Shown: in pieces, positions 17,886 to 29,733 of the stretch
How positions within the stretch are numbered: position 1 is the first letter of the stretch
How the letters are laid out: every line of letters starts with the position of its first letter
Assembly (NCBI GenBank): GCA_045544575.1
Contig: JAZPZG010000075.1
Location: forward strand, 1 to 50,973
Source: Clostridia bacterium
Lineage (GTDB): Bacteria; Bacillota; Clostridia; UBA1212
Reading direction: 5' to 3'
Length of the DNA stretch: 50,973 nucleotides
Program-made: the position numbers and the translations under genes
Notes under the pieces: model-generated
What the model was told of the DNA's origin: nothing
The model's database searches: none
Seen by the model: only the letters and a program-made list of their open reading frames with translations

Positions 17886-20049
17886 GAGCGCAGGCTTTTG
17901 CTTCGGAGTGAACAATGCGGTATGTAAGGCTTTTGAGACTGCGGAAAAATACAGCGGTAAGAAAATTTACACGTACGGTCCTTTGATACATAATGCATCG
18001 GTGATAGAAAAGCTTGAAGAACGCGGTATTTGCGTAGCCGATTCGGTTGAAGAAATCACCGAAAAAGACGCCTGTGTAATAATAAGAGCGCACGGTGTCG
18101 GAAAAAAGATATTCGACGCACTTGAAGAAAAGGGCGTTGAAGTTATTGATGCAACGTGTCCTTTCGTAACCAAAATACACAAGTTAGTTGAAAAAGAGTA
18201 CAATTCCGGAAAAAACATAATTATTATCGGCGATAAAAATCATCCCGAGGTAATAGGAATTAACGGTTGGTGCGATGATTCTGCCATAATAGTCGGCAGC
18301 CTTGAAGAGTGTAAAAATATAAATTTTGATAAAAAAGCATACTGTGCGGTCGCACAAACCACTTTTAATGCTGAAAATTTTGATAAAATTAAAAAATATT
18401 TCCGAAATTTACTTGACGAAATTGAATTTTATGATACTATATGTAATGCGACATCATATAGGCAATGTGAAACTAGGGAGATTGCCGCTGCAGTCGATTT
18501 GATGATTGTGGTAGGCGGAAAAAACAGTTCTAACACGCTGAAGCTTTTTGAGATTAGCAGTGAGTTGTGTAAAAATGTTCTGCTTGTTGAACACGCGGCT
18601 GAAATTGATTTAGCGTATATTAATAATTTTTTTAGAGTCGGTGTGACAGCCGGAGCATCTACTCCGGATTGGATCATCAAGGAGGTTTTGGTAAGTATGA
18701 GCGAAGTTAAAAATGAGAATGAAGTGATTGAGGCAGTAAATGCTGACGAGGGTGCGGCAGCTGCTTCCGATGAATCCTTCAGCGCGTTGTTGGAGTCAGA
18801 GGGCGGAATCACCACTGTAAGAACCGGTGATATTATTAAGAAGCCCGTTATTAAGATTGATTCTTCACGCGTATATGTTGACTTAGGCTTTAAGTATGAA
18901 GGCAGCATTGCCATAGAGGAATTTGTCGCAGCACCCGGTGAGCCGGCTAACGTTAATGTCGGTGATATGGTTGAGGCTATTGTTGTCAGAGTAAGTGACA
19001 AAGACGGAGAAGCTACTCTTTCAAAGAAGAGCGTTGATCAGAGAAGAGATCTTCGCCTTGTAGAGGAAGCTTTTGAAAATAAGACTCCTATTAACGTTAC
19101 AGTTACTGCAGCTCTTAAGGGCGGCGTTGCTGCACAGTACGGCACAGCAAGAGTATTTGTTCCCGCTTCACAGCTTTCTACAAGATTTGTAAAGGATCTT
19201 GAGACATTTGTAGGAAAAGAGCTTGAAGTTCTTGTAACTTCATTTGAAAAGGCACAGAGAGGCAGATGCAGAATCAGTGCTTCCGCAAGAGTTCTTCTTG
19301 AAGCAGGAAAGCAGGAGAGAGAGGATGCATTCTGGGGCGATATGTACGAGGGCAAGGTTTGCACAGGTACAGTTAAGTCTTTTGTTCCTTTCGGTGCATT
19401 CGTAGAGCTTGCTCCCGGATTTGAGGGCCTTGTTCACATCACAGAGCTCTCTTGGAGAAGAATTAAGAATCCTCAGGACGTTCTTACACTCGGTCAGGAG
19501 ATTGAAGTTACTGTTCTTTCCTTTGACAGAGAGAAGAATCGTATTTCTCTCGGATACAGAAAAGCAAACGAGAATCCTTGGTTTGATGCAGAGAACCTCT
19601 ATCAGGTAGGCGACATCATCGAAGTTACGGTTGTACGCTTTGTTAAGTACGGTGTATTTGTAGAAATTGCAGAAGGCGTTGTAGGCCTTGTACATATTTC
19701 TCAGATTTCCAGAAAGCGTATCGAAAGCGCTTCTGCTTGCTTGAAGCTCGGTCAGAAGGTTATGGCTAAGATCGTAGCTACTGATATTGAGAACAGAAAG
19801 ATCAGCCTCAGCATTAAGGATGTTCAGCCTTACGATCCCGAGCCTACAGAGGAAGAGATTGCAGCTGCAGAGGCTGCTGCTCAGGCAAAGAAGGAAAGAG
19901 CTGAAAAGAAAGCTGCTGAAAAGAAAGAGCGTGCTGCAAGAAAGCCCAAGGAAGAAGAGTTTAAGGATGACGTTGTTTCTTCCGATACGTCTATTGCAGA
20001 CCTTCTCGGCGGTCAGGTTTTCAACTTTGACACAACAGAAGAGAACTGA
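17866..20049 (+). CDS. ispH-rpsA: Bifunctional IspH (HMBPP reductase) / 30S ribosomal protein S1 fusion
   Basis: AGFCFGV, DATCPFV, TICNAT, TAGASTP (IspH) followed by four S1 repeats (GLVHITELSW, GLVHISQIS). Confidence 0.95.
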   Translation: MEIIKAKSAGFCFGVNNAVCKAFETAEKYSGKKIYTYGPLIHNASVIEKLEERGICVADSVEEITEKDACVIIRAHGVGKKIFDALEEKGVEVIDATCPFVTKIHKLVEKEYNSGKNIIIIGDKNHPEVIGINGWCDDSAIIVGSLEECKNINFDKKAYCAVAQTTFNAENFDKIKKYFRNLLDEIEFYDTICNATSYRQCETREIAAAVDLMIVVGGKNSSNTLKLFEISSELCKNVLLVEHAAEIDLAYINNFFRVGVTAGASTPDWIIKEVLVSMSEVKNENEVIEAVNADEGAAAASDESFSALLESEGGITTVRTGDIIKKPVIKIDSSRVYVDLGFKYEGSIAIEEFVAAPGEPANVNVGDMVEAIVVRVSDKDGEATLSKKSVDQRRDLRLVEEAFENKTPINVTVTAALKGGVAAQYGTARVFVPASQLSTRFVKDLETFVGKELEVLVTSFEKAQRGRCRISASARVLLEAGKQEREDAFWGDMYEGKVCTGTVKSFVPFGAFVELAPGFEGLVHITELSWRRIKNPQDVLTLGQEIEVTVLSFDREKNRISLGYRKANENPWFDAENLYQVGDIIEVTVVRFVKYGVFVEIAEGVVGLVHISQISRKRIESASACLKLGQKVMAKIVATDIENRKISLSIKDVQPYDPEPTEEEIAAAEAAAQAKKERAEKKAAEKKERAARKPKEEEFKDDVVSSDTSIADLLGGQVFNFDTTEEN

Positions 20050-20095
20050 TTCTTTTCTTAAATCAAATTGAATTTGAGCGGTGTACCGCAAATTT

Positions 20096-20126
20096 AACGA
20101 AGGGTGAAAGCCCTTCGTTTTTTTTG
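20096..20126 (+). terminator. Terminator after ispH-rpsA
   Basis: AACGAAGGG-tgaaag-CCCTTCGTT followed by a T tract. Confidence 0.85.
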
Positions 20127-20184
20127 CTGTTATAATTTAATCCTAAAAATATACAAAAACCTTGGAAAACAATAGAAATTATAG

Positions 20185-20213
20185 TTGACTAATTATAATT
20201 AACTCATTATAAT
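20185..20213 (+). promoter_or_regulatory. hup promoter TTGACT-N17-TATAAT
   Basis: Hexamers at 20185-20190 and 20208-20213. Confidence 0.65.
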
Positions 20214-20283
20214 TAAGTCCGTGTTGCCTTTTGGCAATGCTTCAATTTACAAAAACACCTATAACCAAACGGAGGATATTTTC

Positions 20284-20583
20284 ATGAAAAAGAATGAATT
20301 AATTGCAGTTGTTGCAGCAAAGACAGGAATGACCAAGAAAGATGCTACCGTAGCGGTTGACGCAGTACTGGATACTATTACAGATGCGCTTGCATCGGGA
20401 GATAAGGTTTCATTGGTAGGTTTTGGTGCGTTTTCTGTAAGAACAAGAGCAGCAAGAACCGGTGTTAATCCCGCTGCCGCAAAAATGGGAAAGAAAGAGC
20501 CTTTGGAAATCGGCAAGAGCAATGTTCCGTCTTTTAAGGCAGGAAGAAATCTTAAGGAAGCAGTACAAGATCTTAAAATTTAA
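20284..20583 (+). CDS. hup: HU family DNA-binding protein
   Basis: MKKNELIAVVA...LVGFGAFSVRTRAARTGVNP...PSFKAG; GGAGG RBS. Confidence 0.95.
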   Translation: MKKNELIAVVAAKTGMTKKDATVAVDAVLDTITDALASGDKVSLVGFGAFSVRTRAARTGVNPAAAKMGKKEPLEIGKSNVPSFKAGRNLKEAVQDLKI

Positions 20584-20690
20584 TGACTTTTGTAAAAATT
20601 TTTAAAAAAACACTTGCGAATGAATTTTATATGTGTTAAGATGTTTTTTGTCTGTTTAAGACATGAAATACACGCGGGAGGTGAATGGTT

Positions 20691-20951
20691 TTGCCAAATA
20701 TTAAATCAGCGAAGAAGAGAGTTATCACTTCTGAGAAGAGAAACGAAGCTAATGTTGCTAAGAGATCGGCTTTGAGAACCAGTATCAAGAAGGCTCAGGT
20801 AGCTATTGAGAATGGTAGCGAGAATAAAGAGGATGCAGTTAAGGCTGCAAGCATTAAGCTTGACAAGGCAGTAGCACAGGGTCTTGTGCACAAGAATACC
20901 GCCGCTCGTAAGAAGTCCAGACTCGTTAAAGCTATGAGAGCTGCTCAGTAA
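20691..20951 (+). CDS. rpsT: 30S ribosomal protein S20
   Basis: PNIKSAKKR...HKNTAARKKSRL; TTG start 7 nt after GGAGGTG. Confidence 0.97.
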   Translation: MPNIKSAKKRVITSEKRNEANVAKRSALRTSIKKAQVAIENGSENKEDAVKAASIKLDKAVAQGLVHKNTAARKKSRLVKAMRAAQ

Positions 20952-21013
20952 TCTAATTAATTTATATTACGTGTCCTGCGGGATGCGTTGTTAATTGTTG
21001 ATTGCCTTAATTT

Positions 21014-21064
21014 GGCCGTTTTACTTTACTTACAGTTGTTTGTAAAGTGAGGCGGTCTTTTTTG
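21014..21064 (+). terminator. Probable terminator after rpsT
   Basis: GGCCG..ACTTTAC...GTAAAGT..CGGTC followed by a T tract. Confidence 0.5.
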
Positions 21065-21138
21065 TGTTTAAATTCTTTTGTGCCTAAACATCTGTATTTC
21101 GGGACATAATATTGAAAAAAACAGGATGTGATTTTTCT

Positions 21139-22062
21139 ATGCAAACAAGAACCGATTTGGCTATAGAATCAGCTGAGTTTTTCGGAGAAGGACCCGAGAA
21201 AAAAGGCGTTGAAATTATTACCGAAAAAAATGAATTTGCAGATATAACCGTTATAAAAGTAAAAAACGATGCCGCACAAAAGGCTTTGGGAAAAAGAATA
21301 GGAACCTACATTACAATAGAGGTAAAAGAGCCGGAAATAAACACTTATAAGCTACAGACCCGACTTTCAAAAGCACTTTCGGAAAAATTAGAATTTTTTG
21401 TTAACCGATTTGAGTTAAACAAAGGCCCGGTTTTGGTTATAGGCTTGGGAAACCGATATATAACGCCCGATTCTCTCGGAACAGGTGTCATAGAAAAGGT
21501 TTTGGCGACTCACCACGTGAAAAAACAAGACAATGCTGCGACTAAAAAATTGTTTTCACAAATGGGGGATGTGTGTACCTTTGCGACGGGAGTTATGGGG
21601 ATTACGGGAATTGAGAGTGCCGAGGTCATTAAGGGAATTGCAAAGCTTACGGGTGCCTGCGGAATTATAGTAGTAGATGCGCTTGCCGCTCGAAGGACGT
21701 CAAGGATAAACAGAGCTTTCCAAATAACAGATACCGGTATAGTTCCAGGCTCAGGCGTAGGAAACCGAAGGTTTGAAATATCAAAAGAGTCTCTGGGGAT
21801 ACCCGTAATAGCGATAGGTGTGCCTACCGTAGTAGACGCAGTGACCCTTACGTGTGACGTGGTGTGCAAGGCAAAGGGACTAAAAAGCGATCCCGAGGAG
21901 CTAAGAGATGAATTTAATGACGGCAATTACGATAACATGATAGTGACGCCAAAGAATGTAGATGCGGCAATTGAACGGCTTTCAAGAGTGATTGCAGATG
22001 CTGTAAATATGACTTTGCATAAAGAGACGGACGTTAATGAAATTAACGAGTTTTTTATTTGA
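21139..22062 (+). CDS. gpr: GPR spore germination protease
   Basis: RTDLAIE, VIGLGNRYITPDSLG, VDALAAR, GIVPGSGVGNRR, IGVPTVVDA. Start could be TTG 21112. Confidence 0.95.
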   Translation: MQTRTDLAIESAEFFGEGPEKKGVEIITEKNEFADITVIKVKNDAAQKALGKRIGTYITIEVKEPEINTYKLQTRLSKALSEKLEFFVNRFELNKGPVLVIGLGNRYITPDSLGTGVIEKVLATHHVKKQDNAATKKLFSQMGDVCTFATGVMGITGIESAEVIKGIAKLTGACGIIVVDALAARRTSRINRAFQITDTGIVPGSGVGNRRFEISKESLGIPVIAIGVPTVVDAVTLTCDVVCKAKGLKSDPEELRDEFNDGNYDNMIVTPKNVDAAIERLSRVIADAVNMTLHKETDVNEINEFFI

Positions 22063-22091
22063 CTGAGCCTGAATTTGTGGTACAATTTTAA

Positions 22092-24185
<2,094 letters not shown>

Positions 24186-24283
24186 GCCGTGCATAAATAG
24201 TTTGATAAAATGCCAAACTACGGGCAAGGGGATAATGCGGCGTTTGCTGTTTTATCCGTATTGCGAAGTGGGGAGGCATTTTT

Positions 24284-24931
24284 TTGATTAGCTTTTTCAG
24301 GACGATTTTAATGTATATTGTTGTAATTATAAGTATGCGTTGCATGGGAAAACGCCAGATAGGACAGTTACAACCCTATGAAATTGCAATTGCACTTATG
24401 ATTGCAGATCTCGCCGTGCTTCCCATGGAGGATAATTCCGTGCCGATTTTAAACGGAATAATACCGATTTTATCGCTTATATTGGCACAAATAGTAATTT
24501 CTTACTTGTTGTTTAAAAACGGGAAAATCCGCCGCCTGTTTTGCGGAAAATCAAAGACTGTGATTCGAAACGGGAGAATTGATGAAGAAGCCCTGTCAGG
24601 AGAAATGTATACGGTAAATGACCTCATGGAGGCTTTGCGGTTAAAGGATTGCTCGGACATAAGCACCGTAAAAGAGGCAAGACTTGAAACCAACGGCGAG
24701 CTAAGTGTTATCCCATACGGCAAGCTTGTTGAGGACGTAATTATTTGCGGAAAGATAATTGAGGAAAATTACAAGACTGCGGAGGTGGACGGCGATTCGC
24801 TGATTCGCGCAATAAAGCTCAGCGGCGGAAAAAGCATACAAGACGTGTTATATGCGGGTGCAAAAAACTCAAAAACGTTTATTATACAGTTAAAGCAGGG
24901 TGTCGCGGAAGGAAAGGACGGTAAAAAGTGA
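24284..24931 (+). CDS. DUF421 (YetF-like) membrane protein
   Basis: MGKRQIGQLQPYE, IRNGRIDEEAL, ARLETNGELSV. Confidence 0.85.
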   Translation: MISFFRTILMYIVVIISMRCMGKRQIGQLQPYEIAIALMIADLAVLPMEDNSVPILNGIIPILSLILAQIVISYLLFKNGKIRRLFCGKSKTVIRNGRIDEEALSGEMYTVNDLMEALRLKDCSDISTVKEARLETNGELSVIPYGKLVEDVIICGKIIEENYKTAEVDGDSLIRAIKLSGGKSIQDVLYAGAKNSKTFIIQLKQGVAEGKDGKK

Positions 24932-25317
24932 AGAAGCTTGACAAACATACAAAATTTTTTATTACTGCGGTGATAATTATTCCCCTTGCTATGTTTACAA
25001 TGTGGTTTTTGACTTCAAGCTGCATTAAAAATGCGGAACACAAAATTTCTCAATCGCTTGACGATGCTCTTTTAAAAACCACGGAAGAGAGAATCGCATT
25101 GGTTGAGAAAGAATGGGAGCATTACAGCGGTCTTTTGGTAATGTTTTTTAATCACGAGGAGATAAACAGAGCGGAGCTTGAAATTCTGCAGTTTTGCACC
25201 TCGCTTCGACAAAAAGATTATCCGCTTGCAGAGCGAAATGCCGAACAGATTAAGTGTCTGCTGAAGATGATGAGAAGCCATGACGAGGTAAGTCTGCGTA
25301 ACCTTTTGGCTGTTTAG
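24928..25317 (+). CDS. DUF4363-like protein
   Basis: N-terminal TM, EW...L..FFNHEEI...E...SLRNLL pattern; usual partner of DUF421. Confidence 0.65.
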   Translation: MKKLDKHTKFFITAVIIIPLAMFTMWFLTSSCIKNAEHKISQSLDDALLKTTEERIALVEKEWEHYSGLLVMFFNHEEINRAELEILQFCTSLRQKDYPLAERNAEQIKCLLKMMRSHDEVSLRNLLAV

Positions 25318-25411
25318 TTGACAAATAGGGTTGTTTCATATAGAATACAGACGTTAATGATGTTGTAACGTTGCTGTTATTGTATAGTTTTCTTAAAAGG
25401 AATGATTTGAA

Positions 25412-27823
25412 ATGAAAAACACTATTGACTGTATTTCTCATGAACAATGTACCGGATGCGGAGCATGCTTTAACAAGTGTCCGGTTGACGCAATAAAAAT
25501 GCTTCCTGACAGAGAAGGTTTTCTTTTTCCGAATATCAATACCGAAAAATGTATAAATTGCGGGTTGTGCTTAAAGGCCTGTCCTGTAAACGATGTAAAA
25601 GCGGAAAACAATCCGGAACCGAGTTGCTATGCGGTTATTGGCGATGACGAGCTTAGAAAAAAGAGTTCGTCGGGCGGTGTTTTTTCTCTTATTGCTGATT
25701 GGATATTAGAAAGAGGCGGTGTTGTTTGCGGAGCTGCTTTTACCGATGACTGTTATTCCGTAGAGCATATCGTAATTGAAAGCCGTGACCAATTGCATAA
25801 ACTAAGAGGCTCGAAATACGTTCAAAGTGATACAAAAAATGTTTATAGAGCTGTAGCAGAACATCTGAAAAATAAGAGACCTGTTCTTTTTACAGGTACC
25901 CCTTGCCAGATAGCAGGCATAAACAGCTTTCTTGGGAAGCCCGATGAAAACTTGTACACGATAGATTTGGTATGTCACGGCGTACCGTCTCCTTTTGCAT
26001 ATGAGAAATTCATAAAAGAACAGGAAGAAAAAAACTCCTCAAAGGTTGTTCGTGTTTCTTTTAGAGATAAGGACGTTATAAAATGGAATATCTCGACTAC
26101 TCTGGAATTTGAAAACGGCGAGATTGCCAGAAAAAAACGTGACGAATGTCCATATATAAAATCCTTTTTGAAACTATTGATGTTTAGAAAAAGCTGCGGC
26201 AAATGCCAATTTGCAAGAATTCCAAGACAGGGAGATATGACGATTGCAGACTTCTGGGGAGTTCGTCACTTTGATCAAAAGTTAGACGACGGCAACGGCA
26301 CCAGTCTTGTTTTGCCTAATAATTCAAAGGGTTTTGAGATGCTGAAGGTTCTTGAAAAGTCTGCAAAAGTGGTTAAAGAAGCTCCTTTGGAAATTGCCGC
26401 AAAGTATAATGCCCAGCTCAAGCATTCTTCCTTACATCATGCAAGAAGAAATCGTTTTTATAGCTTGTTAAGTGATTATGATTACGGCTTTGAAAAGGCT
26501 GTGGACTACGGATTTAATCGCAAATTTGATATAGGCTTTATAGGTTGGTGGTATGGTTCAAATTACGGAAGCGTATTGACTAATTTTGCTTTGCATCAGG
26601 TTCTGACGGGTATGAAGAAAAGTGTTTTGATGTTGGAATGGCCCATTGTATCCGGTCCTGTGCCGGAAAAGAAACCTGACAATAAAACCCGTAGGTTTGT
26701 AAACAATTTTTACGACATGAGTCTTATGAATCGCTTGGAAGATTACGGAAAGTTTAATCATCATTGTGATACTTTTGTTGTAGGTTCGGATCAGCTTTGG
26801 AATTGGTGGAGCAACCGAAACGTGGGAACGTATCATTTCTTTTTGGATTTTGTTGACGGTAAGCATAAGAAGATTGCGTATTCAACCTCATTTGGTCATG
26901 ACAGTGCCTATTATCCGGACGATATGGTATTAAAGTTGAGTTATTTGCTTCATCGTTTTGATGCAATTTCTGTGCGCGAGACAAGTGCTGTTGAGGTATG
27001 TAAAAAACGCTTTGACGTGGATGCGATACAAACGGCAGATCCGGTTTTCCTGTGCGATATTAAAGAATACGACAAGGCTATTGAACTTTCAAAAGTTGAA
27101 ATCAAGGAACCGTATGTTTTAGCATATATACTAAATCCGACACCCGAAAAAATAGAGAGTGTAAGATATGCTGCTGAAAAAATGAAGCTACCGTACCACA
27201 TAATACTGGATGGACAAGCTAAGTTTGAGGATTTAAAGGCGGAAGCAAATGATCCGAACGTTTTAGAAAATGTTGAAATTGCTGATTGGCTCAAATATTT
27301 TAAAAATGCTTCCTACGTGATTACCGATTCATTCCATGGTTTTTGTTTCTCGATTATTTTCAGACGCAATGTTTCTGTATTCCCGAATAAGAAGCGTGGT
27401 TTAGCTCGTTTTGACACGTTGTCTGAGACAACAGGCCTTGAGAATCGTTTACATTATTCTAAGAGCGATTTTGTAAATAGCCGTCAATGGGAAGATGCGA
27501 TTGATTATGATCGTGTATATGCGAAGCTGACACCCCAGGTGGAGGAGAGCAGAAAATGGCTTATTGATGCATTGGAGGCTCCAAAGACCCCAACCAGTAC
27601 TCGCTTACTTGAATTAAAAGCTGCTGTTCAAGCACAAGAGGAAATGAAACGCTTAAAGGCAAGTAATACCAAACTTACCGAAAAAGTGACTAATCTTGAA
27701 AAGGCTAATCAAAACAAGAAATCGGTTGCGCCCCAAAATTCTGTTAAAGTGGAGAAAAAGTCGTTAATAAAGGCTTTCTTGAAAAAAGTAAAGAGAAAGA
27801 TTAAAGGCGTTTTGAACAAATAA
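25412..27823 (+). CDS. Fusion: 2x4Fe-4S + FrhB-like (F420 hydrogenase beta-type) + polysaccharide pyruvyltransferase + coiled-coil tail (paralog 1)
   Basis: CTGCGACFNKCP, CINCGLCLKACP, SSSGG, LRGSKYVQS, GTPCQIAG, DLVCHG, IADFWG; then NYGSVL, VVGSDQLW, AISVRE, DPVFL, VITDSFHG. Confidence 0.9.
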   Translation: MKNTIDCISHEQCTGCGACFNKCPVDAIKMLPDREGFLFPNINTEKCINCGLCLKACPVNDVKAENNPEPSCYAVIGDDELRKKSSSGGVFSLIADWILERGGVVCGAAFTDDCYSVEHIVIESRDQLHKLRGSKYVQSDTKNVYRAVAEHLKNKRPVLFTGTPCQIAGINSFLGKPDENLYTIDLVCHGVPSPFAYEKFIKEQEEKNSSKVVRVSFRDKDVIKWNISTTLEFENGEIARKKRDECPYIKSFLKLLMFRKSCGKCQFARIPRQGDMTIADFWGVRHFDQKLDDGNGTSLVLPNNSKGFEMLKVLEKSAKVVKEAPLEIAAKYNAQLKHSSLHHARRNRFYSLLSDYDYGFEKAVDYGFNRKFDIGFIGWWYGSNYGSVLTNFALHQVLTGMKKSVLMLEWPIVSGPVPEKKPDNKTRRFVNNFYDMSLMNRLEDYGKFNHHCDTFVVGSDQLWNWWSNRNVGTYHFFLDFVDGKHKKIAYSTSFGHDSAYYPDDMVLKLSYLLHRFDAISVRETSAVEVCKKRFDVDAIQTADPVFLCDIKEYDKAIELSKVEIKEPYVLAYILNPTPEKIESVRYAAEKMKLPYHIILDGQAKFEDLKAEANDPNVLENVEIADWLKYFKNASYVITDSFHGFCFSIIFRRNVSVFPNKKRGLARFDTLSETTGLENRLHYSKSDFVNSRQWEDAIDYDRVYAKLTPQVEESRKWLIDALEAPKTPTSTRLLELKAAVQAQEEMKRLKASNTKLTEKVTNLEKANQNKKSVAPQNSVKVEKKSLIKAFLKKVKRKIKGVLNK

Positions 27824-27844
27824 GCTGTGTGTAAAGGCGTACCT

Positions 27845-28519
27845 ATGAATAAAAAATTTTTTTTAGCTGATAAAAGCTGCAGATTGAACTTTGCTGTATA
27901 TTACCCTGATGACTACAGGGACGTACACCTTATTACCTACCTGCACGGTGCGGGAGAAAGAGGCTTTGATATATCGCATCTTTCAAGACACGGCATCCCA
28001 AAGCTTATAGAAGAAGGGCTTGAGATAAATGCGGTTGTTGTGTGCCCGCAATGTCTGCCTGATTTTGTTTGGGATAATTTGGTTGAGGATGTAAAAGCAA
28101 TTATAGATCGTGTTGCGGAGGAGTTTAATACCGACCTTAATAAAATTTGCATTACCGGCTCCAGTATGGGTGGATTCGGTACATGGATGATGGGACTTTC
28201 ATATCCTGATTTTTTTGCGGCAATTGCTCCCGTTGCGGGTGGCGGTATGGCTTGGCGCACCCCTAATTTAAGGGAGACTCCGGTGTACGCGATTCATGGT
28301 GCTGAGGACAGCGTTGTACCTCCGATATATTCAGAGCTTATGGTTAGTACTCTTAATGCTTCGGGCGGCAATGCAAAATTGCTGTGTCTTGAGGGTTTCG
28401 GTCATAACGACGGAATTGACGAGGCGTATCGCAATACGGATTTGTTGCAATGGCTTTTGAGCAACGTAAAGAGCAGCGAAAGAGTGCACGTGCCCGAATT
28501 TTTGAGCGAGCTGTTTTGA
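27845..28519 (+). CDS. Alpha/beta hydrolase (esterase/peptidase-like)
   Basis: YLHGAGERG, GSSMGG nucleophile elbow, HGAED, FGH triad. Confidence 0.85.
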   Translation: MNKKFFLADKSCRLNFAVYYPDDYRDVHLITYLHGAGERGFDISHLSRHGIPKLIEEGLEINAVVVCPQCLPDFVWDNLVEDVKAIIDRVAEEFNTDLNKICITGSSMGGFGTWMMGLSYPDFFAAIAPVAGGGMAWRTPNLRETPVYAIHGAEDSVVPPIYSELMVSTLNASGGNAKLLCLEGFGHNDGIDEAYRNTDLLQWLLSNVKSSERVHVPEFLSELF

Positions 28520-28606
28520 ACATAAGCAAAAAAGACTTGATTTTATGTCGTTTTTGTTGTCTAATAAAAGGGTATATTAGTTTCGGGAAAGGGACTGTTT
28601 AATACC

Positions 28607-29614
28607 ATGAATAAAATTTACATACCCGAGGGATACACTCCTTTGCTTGATGAATATGACACTCAAAGAGCTATATCGTATATAAAGCAGACTTTTCAGT
28701 CTGAATTTGCAAATGCGTTGAATTTAAAGCGTGTTTCGGCGCCTCTTTTCGTAACGGAGGCTTCCGGTCTTAATGATAATCTTAACGGACATGAAAAGCC
28801 TGTTTCTTTCAGCGTTCCAGCGATCGGCGCAGACGCTCAGGTTGTTCATTCTCTTGCAAAATGGAAGCGACTTGCTCTCAAAAAATATAACTTCGTTATC
28901 GGTGGCGGATTGTACACTGATATGAATGCCATAAGACGCGAGGAAGACTTGGATAATTTACATTCCATATACGTTGACCAGTGGGACTGGGAAAAGGTTA
29001 TCACCAAGGAAACGAGAACTATGGAATACTTAAAGCTTATCGTTACTTCTATTGTCAATTCTATTTGTGATACCAATGATCGTCTGCACGTAAGATTTCC
29101 TCAGCTTCGTATTGCGCTTTGCAGGGAAGTTTCTTTTGTAACTACCCAAGAGCTTGAGGACATGTACCCTGAGCTTACAGCTAAAGAACGTGAAAATGAG
29201 TACGTAAAAGCACACAAGACTGCTTTTATTATGCAGATAGGCGGAAAGCTTCGATCCGGAAAACCGCATGACGGAAGAGCCCCCGACTATGATGATTGGG
29301 AGCTTAACGGTGATATATTCTTTTGGAACGACGTACTTAAATGTGCTGTAGAGATTTCCTCGATGGGTATAAGAGTCGACGCTGAGTCTCTTGATCGCCA
29401 GCTTACGATATCGGGTTGTGACGACAGGAGAGCATTGCCGTTCCATAAGATGCTTCTTAATAACGAGCTTCCCCTTACTATCGGCGGCGGTATAGGTCAG
29501 TCGAGATTGTGTATGCTCATGATGGGCTGTGCACACATAGGTGAAGTACAGTCAAGCATTTGGGATGATGAGACAGTAAAGGCTTGTGAGGAAGCAGGAA
29601 TAAGGCTTTTGTAA
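28607..29614 (+). CDS. asnA: Aspartate-ammonia ligase
   Basis: VVHSLAKWKR, HSIYVDQWDWE, HDGRAPDYDDW, TIGGGIGQSR. Confidence 0.97.
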   Translation: MNKIYIPEGYTPLLDEYDTQRAISYIKQTFQSEFANALNLKRVSAPLFVTEASGLNDNLNGHEKPVSFSVPAIGADAQVVHSLAKWKRLALKKYNFVIGGGLYTDMNAIRREEDLDNLHSIYVDQWDWEKVITKETRTMEYLKLIVTSIVNSICDTNDRLHVRFPQLRIALCREVSFVTTQELEDMYPELTAKERENEYVKAHKTAFIMQIGGKLRSGKPHDGRAPDYDDWELNGDIFFWNDVLKCAVEISSMGIRVDAESLDRQLTISGCDDRRALPFHKMLLNNELPLTIGGGIGQSRLCMLMMGCAHIGEVQSSIWDDETVKACEEAGIRLL

Positions 29615-29662
29615 GACAAAACCTAAAAACAACCGGAATACGATAAATTACAGAAAAATGTT

Positions 29663-29700
29663 ACAGCCGACAGTTTTGAAAGTCAAAATCTGTCGGCTGT
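29663..29700. terminator. Bidirectional terminator between asnA and the DUF2975 gene
   Basis: ACAGCCGACAG...CTGTCGGCTGT stem between convergent genes. Confidence 0.8.
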
Positions 29701-29733
29701 TGATTGTTTATTAAGTTAAAATTTGATTATGTA

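Noticed and set aside
25412-27823. True F420-reducing hydrogenase
   Set aside because: No NiFe subunits or F420 genes; the domain is fused to a pyruvyltransferase in a glycan context.
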